A stretch of DNA of 64,000 nucleotides from NCBI RefSeq assembly GCF_006345805.1, contig NC_043017.1, positions 16,740,001-16,804,000 of the forward strand. The letters run 5' to 3'. The stretch is from Octopus sinensis (lineage: Eukaryota). Shown here one piece after another: positions 25,799 through 39,031 of this stretch. Numbering within the stretch: the stretch's first letter is position 1; every line of letters starts with the position of its first letter. Under the pieces are notes generated by a model. It saw only the letters and a program-made list of their open reading frames with translations. It searched no databases and was not told where the DNA came from. The position numbers were made by a program, and so were the translations under genes.

Positions 25799-26875
25799 CC
25801 CTTTCGTTACTATATTTCTGACCAAAATACACCCCTTATGTGTTTCAATTAATTTCTAACGTAATCATAAATTTAGTCTGGTTTCATTAAACAACTATAA
25901 CTTTTTTATTTATCAATATACTAACATGAATTTTGGAAGATAATTTAATGAAATGTTCTCAACCAATTCTATACTATAATTTTTGTCACAAAGTGACTAA
26001 TTGCAGGTAGATACAGGTAAATTCAACAATATATAAAATTATTAAAATTTTGTTCAAACATCGCTAGAGAAAATGGGTTATTAGCTAATATTCAATTGGG
26101 TATACAACAAAATTTTACGATAGAATTTGTTATTCTGGGTAACTTTCTGATACCCATAATAATATTTATGGCAAAATAGGCCTTAATTTCATTTAAGGTT
26201 GTGGGAAATAACAAACTATCCTTTCTTTCGCTTTGTTTACGTTTAGCGTAACAGTTCGTTTCTGCCGTAATGATTTCAAATAGGCTCATTCGAAAAAGTA
26301 AAACGAAATAGTTTAAGGCTTTACTCTTCTGGGAAAGTCTGTGGCTTGGTCCAGTTTCTTCAGAAAAATCACCGAAAGAAACAATTTTAAAATTTTCACT
26401 CCATTCAGGTGCCAATTCATTTTCTTTATCGCTGTCGGAGATCTGAGATTCACTGTTTTCACTTTCGGAAAATGAAACATCAGATTCATTATCAAATACC
26501 ACATGCTTTTTTTTTTTTCAGTCATAGAGTTAGATTTATGAAGGTCTTCAGTAGAAAATCCTTCGAATTCTGACTCGCTGCTTGATATAATGAAATTCGT
26601 ATCCATTTTTTGTCAGAATTACAAATTTTGAAAACACAATAGGAACAAATTTCGGAAAAAAATCTCCCATAATACACGGAATTAAAATTACACTTCGATT
26701 TTTGTACAAAACTGTAGTTGAACTGTTTACGAAGTATAATACGTGTTTTCACGAATGTACTAAAGAGATTTACTCTGATATTCTCATTTAAATATGAATA
26801 GGTAAATTCGGGCGGTTTGGGGCAGCTTGGTCACATTAACCAAAATTTTTTTCGGGCGGTTTGGTAACGAAAGGG
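25799..26875 (-). mobile_element. Internally deleted piggyBac transposon with N-terminal transposase remnant
   Basis: TTAA at 25795-25798 and 26876-26879; 12-bp TIRs CCCTTTCGTTAC/GTAACGAAAGGG; subterminal direct repeat TTCGGGCGGTTTGG x2; ORFs 26313-26606 (acidic N-term) and 26092-26502 (LFEIITAETNCYA...TTLNEIKAYFAINIIMGI) resemble the PGBD/DDE_Tnp_1_7 N-terminus; frameshift near a poly-T run. Confidence 0.9.
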
Positions 26876-27443
26876 TTAAAGCGGTATATTTCCCACCATA
26901 ACCAAGAGATCTGGCTATGTGTTTTTAACTATTTAGCATTTGAATCACTTGATGTTAGGAAGGGCCTCAAACGGCAGAAACTGAGCCAAAAAGAAGATTG
27001 GAGCTTGGTGCCGCTCTCCATCTCTGGTCAAACCATTTAACCTATACCAGCATGAAAAATGGACTATGATGATGATGATTGCTTCGAATTAATCAAGCAT
27101 TATCTTGTAGCTTTGAGATTTTGATGATGTGATTGTTCACCCTACATTGTAGGGTAGGTGTAAGAAACTGGATTTGGCCAGTTTGAAGTGGAATATTTTG
27201 GCCAGATATGCTGAAGGGTTAAAGTAATAACTTTAATAACTTATTCTGTTGAGAGCTTATGAAGAGCTACAAAAATGGAGAGAGAGTAAAAATAAGGTAG
27301 AACAATTCACTAACAATAACTTCTATAGTTCAGGTGTGTATTTCTAGTTTATATGTAAATAGGGTAGATTTGATATGATGGTAGGCAGTGATTTGTTATA
27401 ATTTATTTTAAATCTCTGAGTGAGGTATATACAGTAACAGTAC

Positions 27444-27789
27444 CAAATAGTAATGTTTATATGCCAACAGAATGTGGCAGTCCTATATAGGATGATGCTA
27501 CTGTTGTTTTAGCCCCGGGAATTGTTTTTCTCTATATGAGATCAGCAACTGTGTCGCTTATAGAATATATAGCATTTGCGAGTGGAGAAAGCTCATACTG
27601 AGGATGGGTAACCACCCAGAAACCTATGGGCTAGAGATGGGAGCGATGACCTCCCTTGCAAATTGCTATACGGACACAGAGTGTGTGTCGATAGCCAGCT
27701 GGAAGAGATGCTTTCCTGGGGCTAAAACCAGTAACAGTGCCCTTTATAGGGCTGCCACATTCTGTTGGCATGTAAACATTACTGATTTG
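27444..27789 (+). ncRNA. Rod-like ~345-nt inverted repeat with a hammerhead-like motif at 27591-27631 (retrozyme-like)
   Basis: Arms caaatagtaatgtttatatgccaacagaatgtggcagtcctat / atagggctgccacattctgttggcatgtaaacattactgatttg; ttttagccccgggaa / ttcctggggctaaaa; ctgtgtc / gacacag; tatagcatttgcgag / cttgcaaattgctata; apex GCUCAUA-CUGAGGA-UGGGU-AACC-ACCCA-GAAAC-C-UAUGGGC. Confidence 0.7.
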
Positions 27790-28804
27790 TTATTTAGGGT
27801 AAAATTCTTCAAGCAGAAGAGATTAAGGGTCTTTTTTTTTCCCCTAACAAAAGGCACTGGACCATGGCTGGTAATACACACAAGGAAAACTAAGCGACTG
27901 CCTAGGGTACTGAAATTTAGGGGCCCCACATAAGTTCAAAACAATTAAAATAGAAGTTCTTAAACTACAAAAAAAATCACAGTACTAAAAAGAGCAGGGA
28001 TGGTTACCCTTGGAACAGAGTAGGATGGGGGGGGACAGGCTTGAGGGGGAAAGGGAGGAGGAGGAGAGGGTTGTGTAGTATCTTGAACTACAGTTCTTGT
28101 TTGTAAGGTTTTTCAATTGTAATTTTCAGCTGGTGTAAAGATGATGATGGTAGAATTTCTAGAAACCGCAGGGCTGAGGGAAGTGGGTGCACGTTATCCA
28201 GCTGAGAGATGGGGAGCACATTGTAAGGGTAGAAGGGTGCAAACATGGGGGAGACGCGCACATTATAGAAGTCGGGGGTGGTGGATTGTAGGGCTTGGAG
28301 AAGGGAGGGGGGGGCATTGTATAGTTGGGAAAAGGGGGCATGCACTGCAGAGCTAGGAAAAGGGGGAGCACACTATAGGGCTAGACGAAGGGAGTGGTGG
28401 GAGAGGGGGACACATTTTGTAGGGCTGGGAGAAGGAGGGACGAATTGTAGAGCTGGCCTAGGGTGTTGAATATCCTGACACTGGCCCTACACTGACCAGA
28501 GATTTTTTTTACTCTGTGTCATGTACCAATATACTTCAACTTTTATTGAATTAACTTCTGCTGATGCATAGTGCAAATAAGTTAACTTGAATTTAGTAAT
28601 GTTAGGAATTGCTGGAACATGTTAATTACACTCAGTGTAGATATCAACTTCGAATAGTATAAATATTCGTTGGATTAAAGCAACCCAAGATTTGTGATAG
28701 GGAAAATTGAAAAAAAAAAAATTATTGATAAATAAATAGAAATTGATAATACCAGCTTCCAGCTGCTTTTTTTTAGCCAATTACAGCTTGGTAAATATCC
28801 TTAC

Positions 28805-29050
28805 CTTTGGAGATTCTTTCTGAACTCTTACTCCTTGGTGTGCTGGCTTTGGGTACTTCCAAGGGAACAAACCCAGGCAGCGTCCCGGCTAGACTGGCTG
28901 GGCGAGGTTTTCGAGGGGTTCGCATTTCTCGTGGCTTGACTGGAGCAGATGCTGATGGTGAGGACATGTGCAATCCTGTGGTACTTTTGGTCCGGTGAGG
29001 TGTAACTGTAGCTAGAAAAGAGCGACGTTTTTCGGGGATGGTGTTGAGGG
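28805..29050 (-). CDS. MAP7: MAP7-like exon, Ser/Pro/Arg-rich linker
   Basis: Acceptor ccccacag|CC, donor G|gtaagg; 246 nt, phase 1->1; LNTIPEKRRSFLATVTPHRTKSTTGLHMSSPSASAPVKPREMRTPRKPRPASLAGTLPGFVPLEVPKASTPRSKSSERISK. Confidence 0.85.
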
Positions 29051-29609
29051 CTGTGGGGCCGCCATAGGTGGTGGAAAAGAGAAAAATTTTAATTAAGGGT
29101 GTTCATTGGAACTAATTTAGTTCACTTTTTTTTTTTTAATTCTTTTTAGTTTGTTTCTAACTGGTATAAGCGCTAGAAACTACACCAGCAGCCCTCCACC
29201 ATCAGCAAGATTTTAGGGGTAAGAAGTACCGCCGAATAATTAGATGAATTTCCACTTTAAAAAAAGAAGCAGTGTTAATTGATTGTCGCTGAAATATTTC
29301 ACTTTAAAGAAAAGGATGAAATATTCAACATTTTTGAGTAAAAGCAGAAAAAAGTGCAAAAAAGAAATTTATGCTACCAAAAGGAGGAGGAAAAGGAGAT
29401 ATTATTTAGCTACAATTTGAACCCACAAAAAATTCTTCCAACAATCACCACCACCACTGTTGACCACTTTTACAATCAATAAATAAACAACAGATGCAAA
29501 AACATAATGATAAAAACAGTATATATATACACACACACATATATATATAGTATATGTATATATATATATAATGTGTATGTATATATATATATATAATATA
29601 TAGTGTACA

Positions 29610-29646
<37 letters not shown>

Positions 29647-31153
29647 TATACATAAGCACACAAACACGCATGTATGTATATGGAAAGACAACTATATACA
29701 AAAAGAAATAATGGTAATAAGTAAAAATGAAAAAAATCGCAAATCACATACACATGCACTTCATTATAGAACGCCTCTGCGAAGCAGCTGTGTGATTAAT
29801 AAAAAGGAGTAGTAGTAGTAGTAGCAGCAACCGTGCCACGCCAATGGTCTCACAATATCTGCAGAATGCTCCGAATCGGTTAGAAAAGCTCTGCTGGCTG
29901 ATGTTTTAGAACAACAATACGAGAAACTCAATGTTGGGAAGTTATAAAGTCCAGAGAAAGAAAAAGCGAAAAGAAGGAGCAAAGTATATATATTCAGGAG
30001 AAAGAATTTCAATTCCTAGTGCGCATAGGGTTAATGGATGGGTAGGAGAGAGAAGATACTCTACAGTTGGTCATACATTGACATCTCTATTAGCTAATGA
30101 CTGGTGCCCGTCAGGAAATTAAATTAATTTGAAACAAGAATAAAAAGTATAACATCAAGTCTAATAAGAGAATATGACTCATAAATATGACCTATATTTA
30201 CTGTAATTATTGCTAGAATTTACACGATAATGTTACCCAGTTACTGATGGAGATTTTCGCAAAATAAAGTGAGAAAACTTGAGGGTAGAGAGCAGAGAAT
30301 AGGGATCAGTTTAGATATCGTATTTTTTTTTTACCATCCTTTGTTACTGCTTTTTTGAAGAATCATTCAATGTCTTATATAAATTTATTTTCAAAAGTAC
30401 AAGACCCTATTTTCTACTAAACTTTGAAGAAATATAAAATCTGTCAGCTACCTTAACCATTAATAATTACGGGGATTTTTGTGTTTATTTTATAGCAAAA
30501 AAAAAACAAAAAAAAGTAGATTTGCTAAATATTCAAACACTTTCAGTGAAAGAAATTTCAGGATCAAAACCAGCTGGTCCAGTTCTTAGGAAATTTGAGA
30601 GTTTATATTTCAAAGAAGAACAGGGAAAGAGATTGTGTGAAGTCTCAAAGTAACTGAAATGAAGAGTTTTCTAAACGAGAATCAAAGACAGAGATGATGC
30701 ATAGAGAACATACCAACAAACTGTGTTGACAATCATAATAAGCTTCCACGGGCAGAATTTAAACAAGACCAAGATTAGAAGAGGAGAGAAATAGTCAACT
30801 GATTTCACTTGTAATATATTAGATTTATTAGATTTTACTGGTTTCCCACCTTAATTAATCTGGTGCTTAATTATATCCGCAACTTTCTACAGGTAAAAGT
30901 ACTTATTTTATTTTTAAAAAAAACAGTGAAAAGAAACCGAGTTTCCTTTACCATGTATTCTTTCTTTTATTTGTTTCAGTCATTTGACTGTGGCCATGCT
31001 GGAGCACCACCTTTCTTCAAATAAATCAAACCGAGGACTTATTCTTTGTAAGCCTAGTACTTATTCTACCAGTATCTTTTACTGAACCGCTAACTTACAG
31101 GGATGTAAACACACCAGCATCGGTTGTCAAGCGATGTTGGGGGGGGGGGGGCA

Positions 31154-31185
<32 letters not shown>

Positions 31186-31443
31186 CTGTATGTATGTATG
31201 TATGTATATATATATATGTGTGTGTGTGTGTGTATATACTCTTTTACTCATTTACTTGTTTCAGTTATTTGACTGGCCATGCTGGAGCACCGCCTTTAAT
31301 CGAGCAAATCGACCCCGGGACTTATTCTTTGTAAGCCTAGTACTTATTCTATCGGTCTCTTTTGCCGAATCGCTAAGTGACGGAGATGTAAACACACCAG
31401 CATCGGTTGTCAAGCAATGCTAGGGGGACAAACACAAACACAC

Positions 31444-31487
<44 letters not shown>

Positions 31488-34047
31488 CGGGCTTCTTTCA
31501 GTTTCCGTCTACCAAATCCATTCACAAGGCATTGGTCGGCCCAGGGCTATAGCAGAAGACACTTGCCTAAGGTTCCATGCAGTGGGACTGAACCCGGAAC
31601 CATGTGGTTGGTTAACAAGATACTTACCACACAGCCACTCATTCAAAATACTTTTACACGAAGTAATCACTTAGAAATGTTTTAGGCTGGTTTTATAGTT
31701 GAAATATGCCCTATTTAATGGCACTACTTGTTTCTATTTGCAGTTTCATGTAGAAAAACAAAATAAGGAAAAATTAAGCATTAAACAAAACAAATAAAAA
31801 ATATATACATTTTGCTCTTACTTTCTGGACTTCAGAAATTCCCAAACAATAAAACATAGCATACAAGGAATACAGTTATTCGTATTAGTAACAGATGTTA
31901 GCTAAAGCAAAAACATGCAGCTTATGCTAAAAAATAAACGGGAAAATACAATAATCAAGATTAAATTTGAAAACAAAGTCGTCGTGTACCACCTTCACCC
32001 TTGCATGTGCTGCAACAAATAGTTCACTTATTTTTGAACAATCAAGTAATTTTCAAACTGAATATAATCTATTCATAGCAAATCAAAGATCAAGGAACTC
32101 AATTGTCCAATTCTCTTCTACAATTAACCGTTGTTATGATTAAAATTCCCTTTCATAATCTTTACTAAAACCTCTTCGATGTAGGTTAAATGATGAACCA
32201 ATTTCTTTAAAATACAGTCCCATTTTATTCACACTCCTCAAGCATAACAAAATGCTAAAATCTTGGGTTTGTTAAAAAAAAAAAAAATAAATAAATAAAA
32301 ATAATATTTAACTGGATGAAATACAACTTCATACCTACTGATAAAACAATAAAAATCCATCTACTCTAAAGTCTCCAAGCCAAACTATACATCTACATCA
32401 AACATTTATACATGTGTGTGTATGTTTGCACGCTGTTTGAATCCCAGGTTTTAGAATATGAACAGCATAAGCCTGTGTTATAAGGGGTGATTAAAAGGGT
32501 TAGCATCAGGGAAAGCAACCAATCATAAAAGTCCCAATTAACCAAAGCCAATTTGGGGTGAAGCAGATGTAAATGCTGATATGATATTGTTTTTATGTTC
32601 AGTGAAAAGAAAAACAACCCTTACATTAATCTGATGGGTTACTCTATACTTTTGTGGGGTACAAATTTACTGTTCTTAAACAAGAATGTTATTGATAGGG
32701 ATTTCAAAGTTTCAGCCAGCTACTGCAATGCATTGAAGTTAAACTTCGAACCTTTGAGGTGGCAAGCTGGCAGAAACATTAGCACGCCGGGCGAAATGCA
32801 TAGCCGTATTTTGTCTGCCGTTACATTCAGTTTTAAAATGAAGTAGCATGAAACGATTGTACTACACTACCTTGGATATCCTTATTGCTTATTTTGATTA
32901 TAATCACCCCATTTGATTTATATGGATCATACCATACAAAATTCTGGTACCTTTGACTTAAGTACCATATTCATCTGAATCTAAATTTTGCTGATCTTAT
33001 ATATATATATATATATATATCATGTGACGTGACTGACCAGACCATCAGATGTTGTTACACATCGCTGGTCACAATGCGTTTGCATTGTTTTAGCCTTTGA
33101 ATGACGCCACCCCGCTGGCTAAGCGAGCAGGCCAAATATATATATATATATATGTATGCATATGTGTGTGTATTATATTATTTAGATATATGAAATAGTT
33201 TTTAAAAATATGTACTGTATTAAATTTTAGTGTGAAGATTTAACGGCAAATTACCTGACAGGAAAAGAACTATGTATATTTGCTTTTCTATAGAAGCCTG
33301 ATATTTAATAAGTCATACACATACGCACACACACAACACACAAATGTGTGTGTGTGTGTGCACGCAAATATATACGCATTGAGTTTATATGTAAATTTTG
33401 AGTCATCACTCCATATGTAAATTAATAATTAATAAAACACATAAAAAGCATCCAGTTCACTGTATAAAGCGGTTGGTGTTAGGAAGGACAACCAGTCACA
33501 GAAATCATACCAAAACAGACAACGGAACCTGGAGCAGGTTGCTAGCTCCTGTCAAACCATCCAATCCATGCCAGTAAGGAAAATGGATATATGATGATGA
33601 TGATGATGCTGATGATGATACAAGACAATTGTGAATGTCTGTCATGTTTATTCGACCTCACCATAGACTGGAAAAGAGGGATCAAATGAATGTCGTTATC
33701 ACTATACCTTCACCATTTGCCTAAATTTAGTTCATAACATAAATCCATGCACCAACACTCGGATCTTTCAGTCGTGTCCCACCCGGAACTACTCTCATCG
33801 AAAGTCTTGTTTATATTTCTTTTAAAGGAAGTTATACTCTTTTACTCTTTTAATTGTTTCAGTCATTTGACTGCGGCCATGCTGGAGCACCGCCTTTAGT
33901 CGAGCAAATCGACCCGGGGACTTATTCTTTTGTAGGCCCAGTACTTATTCTATCGGTCTCTTTTGCCGAACCGCTAAGTGACGGGGACGTAAACACACCA
34001 GCATCAGTTGTCAAGCAATGCTAGGGGGACAAACACAGACACACACA

Positions 34048-34109
<62 letters not shown>

Positions 34110-34798
34110 TACGACAGGCTTCTTTCAGTTTCCGTCTACCAAATCCACTCACAAGGCATTGGTCGGCCTGGGGCTATAGCAGAAGACACTTGCCCAAGAT
34201 GCCACGCAGTGGGACTGAACCCGGAGCCATGTGGTTGGTAAGCAAGCTACTTACCACACAGCCACTCCTGCGCCTATTGAAGTAATTTCAGAGAAAACTT
34301 CAATCCCATCCTCTTATTATATTCTGGAATATTTGCTGTTAAAACTGACGCATGTGTTGTACAAATTTTGTGATTTGTTTTAGGAGTTTTTTTGGGGTGT
34401 TTTTTTTAATCAAAGGTTTCATGAATACCTAGATCATCTTTTTACTGAAAGGACAGAGCTTAATAGTAAATTTAATAATGAAAAAACTGCAATAAGGCCA
34501 GTAATTAATTGGTTGTTACTAATTGCATTTTGTCACTCCTATTTTTTCTTTTTATTATCTTTTTGTCGTTTGTTCTAATTCATTATAATGTAATAAATTA
34601 ACTATGACACATGCAACTTTTAAGACCAAATGACTATTCACACTATGAAGACAAAAAAAGTCTTCTCTTTAATGCTACCAATTTTCACAATAAGGTGACA
34701 AGTATATACACTGGAAGCCTATGAATACCTAAGTTCATTTTTAGGTATTTTCTCCTTAATCATTAGAGGATTGAGGTTTAGGTGTAGAAAATTTTCGA

Positions 34799-35792
34799 CA
34801 GGGCGTTAAAAGCTAACTGCTGCTGTTGTTATGGTCCCTCTTTTCCTGTCCGTTGTTTATGATTGTCTTCTGCATCCAGTAAATTTTAATTAATTCAAGC
34901 AATCTCAGCAGGTCAATGAAGGCCACTGCCAATCATCTCCATGTGTTAAGATCAATGCTTAGATGTGTGGTACCCAGAGACATCAAATAGAGATACAAGG
35001 TTATGAGAAGAGTGAAGTTCATGTCCAGCAACACCCAGGAGAACTGTGTTATCCGGTTGAACCCAAGTGCCTGTTGAATAAACCCAAGCACCCCCGAGGA
35101 GTCCAACATGCTCGGATTCTCAGGTGAGAACTATGTCCAAGATCAAAAAGTGAACAAGAGAAATAATGACTGCCAGCCCCGCTGAAGTCCCTACAGTTAT
35201 ACACACCAAGTTCCCATCATCTTTGATGGTCTTGGGGATCATGAGCAACAAGGACCTCGACATGCCCCCACTCACTTTTTTGAGTAAGGTTTAGGGTCAA
35301 TGTGGTAGCCTACATTGAGGCAATGGAAATGATTGTCAGGACCTGGATCAAGAGGCCTGTTCAGGAGGGACAGTAAATGTTCCAGCAAGACCCCACTCCC
35401 TCTGACACAGCCTGCATGACACAGGAGTGGATGGTTCGAAAATTCTCACGACCATGTTATCTCTGATATTTGGCTTCTTATCTCTCCTGATCTACAGCCA
35501 GTGGACTGCTATGTCTAAAGTGTCACTGAAAGGGAGATCAACAAACATGCCCCAAAGCCTCACTGATGTCTGTCATTGGTGACGGTATAACCAACAGCAA
35601 TAAAGATTACCTGGTCAACACCTTCGTTTCAGAAGCTGTATTGAGGCTGATGACAGTTTTACTGAATAGCCTTTTGCTACGTGCATGTAAGAATGCGTGT
35701 ACCAAACGCTATAAAAATATGTTAGTTTTTCTAATAAGTCCTTTTATTTGCCTTTAACTAAAATTTTGTTTTCAAACAGCTGATGCACCCTG
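34799..35792 (+). mobile_element. Decayed Tc1/mariner-superfamily transposon
   Basis: Disrupted transposase motifs FQQD.. (~35380) and SPDL-like (~35483); termini CAGGG... / ...CACCCTG. Confidence 0.7.
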
Positions 35793-36499
35793 TTTATTTA
35801 CAGTGTATTTACTAAGAACAATGAAAAGGAAAACAGAGGAAGAATAAAAGTTGGACAAGTAGGGTATTAGCTTACTGCTTTAATGGAAATAAAAGGCATG
35901 TTTTGGACATCGGTCCTGCATCAAAAGAGAGAGATTACAGGGAGTGAAAAAGAGTCAGAGAGAGACCAGAGAAAAATGTTGTTCCACGGGAGGGGGGCGG
36001 GGAATAAGAGAGAAAGGGGCAGGAATGTGAATGTATCTGCCATTGTCCTCACCTTTTGTCACTCATAATATTTATCCCTATATGCCTTTGACCCCTATTA
36101 CTGTGCATCTCTCTCCCAACACTACACAACATTCCCCCTATTTCTTAACTGTCTAAGCAACCAGCTCTCCAACCCCAAACATTTTATGCATTACCACCTA
36201 TCACCTCCCACTCCTCCATGACCCACTCTTATCTTCCTACCATTCCTCCAAATTTGGATTCACCATTATCCATGCTTCCATCCATGTTCACCATTTTCTG
36301 CATTTCTGCCAACTGTTACTCTCCTTTCACACTCTTGTGAACATACCCCACTCACCAGCCATTCTAAATTCTCAGTTCCTATTCTCTCTTTATCCCTCTT
36401 CTTGGATTTCAAGAGAATGCCCTGAAACCTCTTCTTTATAATCGCTTCTCCCCTTTCACCTGGGGTAGCAGCCATGCATCTCCTCTGCATGAACATGTA

Positions 36500-37010
36500 G
36501 TATCTCAAGGATACTACATCTGATGTTGAGGAAGCCATTTCAATAGTCCCAGAGTTTCCAAATGAAGTGGTCCAGAGAGGTGGGGGTTTTTCCTATCCTT
36601 ACACCTGAAAGAGTTCATGTGTTGTGCTATCTTCCCTTAAAGTCATTGGTTGTCATGCCTGTGTAGTTTCTTGTGATGTGTAGCGTCTTGTGATGCTATC
36701 AGATGGTGTGAAGGTGGCCTTATAAACTACAACCTTTGAGGGGGGCAAGTTCCCTCAAGTGGGCAGTTGGTAGAATTCCAGCACTTACAGCTTGAGGCAT
36801 AGAGTGGGAGCTGTTATAGGTGTGCATTTGTGTCTAATGCAGTATGTGATGTTTGAAGTGATATTATATAAGAGCAGATAACCTTGACATTATCAGTTGA
36901 AGAGTTTATAATATCTATGGCTCATGAAATGCTTTGTAATTAACAGCAGGAAGCTCCCAGTCATATTATTGGAAATGTTTACATTGTATAGGGGGGATTG
37001 AACCAGATTA
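36500..37010 (-). mobile_element. Penelope-like GIY-YIG relic
   Basis: Minus-strand YTGMTTNDFKGR at ~36650; boundaries approximate. Confidence 0.5.
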
Positions 37011-37066
37011 TCTTCTTTCTATTTCTGTTTGGGTTCAGGATGGTGGGAAAGTCTTATGTATGTATG

Positions 37067-37111
<45 letters not shown>

Positions 37112-38899
37112 ATCATTTGATAAGTTTGCAAGAGTGTGAAAGGAGAGTGACAGATGGGGAGAGGGCTGAATGCAGTGAATGGTGAACACAAGAGGCAATG
37201 TGGTCAATGATGAATTTCAGGTGAAAGGGCGAGGGGGACGAAAGGATAAGTAGCAGCGTATATGGAGAAGTGATAAGGGAGACAAACATTATAAGACACT
37301 AGAGAGAAAGAGAGAGATGAAAAACAGAAGGGTTGATAAAGTGAGCCAAAAAAGATTGGGGGAAGGGGCTACTGCTGGTAGGCATGAGAAGGCATTCAGT
37401 GAGAAATAAAATAAGGGATAATATTGAGAATGCAGAATAGGTAAATGGGTCCAAGTAGTAGGAAAACTTGTACCACAGAAGAGAAGGGGTGGGGGTTAAA
37501 TTATGTGCAGTTCTGGCTTCATATTACAACAGTTGAGCAAAATACTATTGTAATAGGAAGTGTGATAGGGGGCACAAGTGTTATGAAGGTGTGATGTGGA
37601 CAGGAACAGCCTGGGTGTGAGGAGGGCATGGACATGGATGATATGCTTTCAGGACCTCATTTTCACGGGTCTTTTGTCTTCTAGGTGAGGCTCAACAACT
37701 TGAGGTAGTTCATTATATACAAAATATAATGAAATGTAAACAACATTATTGGCATCCTTAAGTATTATAAATAGTTGTTTCCAAAAGTTAGTGGTTGGGT
37801 TTTCTCAATATTTCAGTAAAAAAAATACAATATTGTAATTGTGATCTGCCCTCGTATATCCATAATCATGCAAATTAAACAAAAGCAAAGTGATAAAAAT
37901 AGCAAACAAGAGATAATAAAACAAAATAAGGAAGTGGTACTAGCCAGATAGAGAGAAGGTTAGAGAGAGAAGTAGTGAGAGGAGGAAATCATATTAGCAA
38001 AGAGGGAAAAAAAATACATACCAACAACAGTCTTAATGTATACATCAGAGAAAACAACAACAACAACAATCATGGGATATTAGAGAGAGAAATAAGAGTA
38101 GAGATAGTGCAAAGTGGGCAATTAAGGTTGAGTAAAGTTATATTCAGGCCATAAAATTGACCAGTAAGCCCTGGCAGTTGTTATATGGAGCTTCAGGTCC
38201 AGAGATCTCAAATAGGCAGACAAATTGCACATTAGTGGTTTTGTTATATCGTCATCGGTAGCTTTCATTATTTATAAAGACCATGTTTGAACTATTTTTG
38301 TTTGAAGTTTGCAACGAATCAAATACATACATTCACGTATGTATTGTATGTACACATGTGCAGGCAATCTCTCATACTGATTGGAACCTGTCTACACACA
38401 GTTCCAAAAACACATATACGGGTTTACACCAACATATGAAGATTATAGGCACAGCAGGATGGATGTCTGCTGCTGCTATCTCTGACCAGACAAAGACACT
38501 GTTCCTTCTTTCCAGACTAAATTGTAATAGTTTTTAAACAGCCCCTTTTTTTGCAACACCTTTCAAATACCTTGCTTACATTCACAAAACTGGTCAATGG
38601 TCTCAAACTGATAAACCTATCCTAAATCATTATGCAAATACCCTGTCTTTGTATCTCTGTCCTATTTGTAGTACCATGTGGAAGCTGGTCTATATAGATA
38701 TATATACACACACACACACATCATTTATTCAGTTACATGTGTATACAAGTTATGAGTTCTATATGTGTGAGTATAGATTTGTACCATTGTCACACATTGT
38801 ACACCACTGCAGAGTTACGGAAAACACATATGGCTGCCTTGAGACGCAAATATACGAAAGTAGAAGTAAAATGGTGTCTATATATGTATAGTGTCTTAC

Positions 38900-39031
38900 C
38901 AAGAAGTGATTCTGGCCGGTTGCTTGAGTTTAGGGTTCCTGAAGAGGAAAACTCAGGGCTTCGTTTGTAATAAAGAGCACTGGTTGATACAGACAGATGT
39001 TTTGATGGTGGAACACTTGCTGGATAAGAAC
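38900..39031 (-). CDS. MAP7: MAP7-like exon (symmetric 132 nt, possible cassette)
   Basis: Acceptor actccag|GT (second in-frame acceptor 12 nt inside, exon start 39019), donor G|gtaaga; phase 1->1; SYPASVPPSKHLSVSTSALYYKRSPEFSSSGTLNSSNRPESLL. Confidence 0.75.

Noticed and set aside
29764-30012. Minus-strand ORF near exon 29050
   Set aside because: No convincing acceptor/donor pair in the required phase; includes a (TAC)n repeat.
31985-32012. Possible microexon ttgcag|cacatgcaagggtgaaggtg|gtacac
   Set aside because: No donor choice gives a frame-preserving length and the donors are weak.
35645-35672. CUGAUGA-CAGU-UUU-ACUG hammerhead-like string
   Set aside because: No GAAA box or cleavage triplet; it is the last codons of the decayed mariner transposase (IEADDSFTE*).
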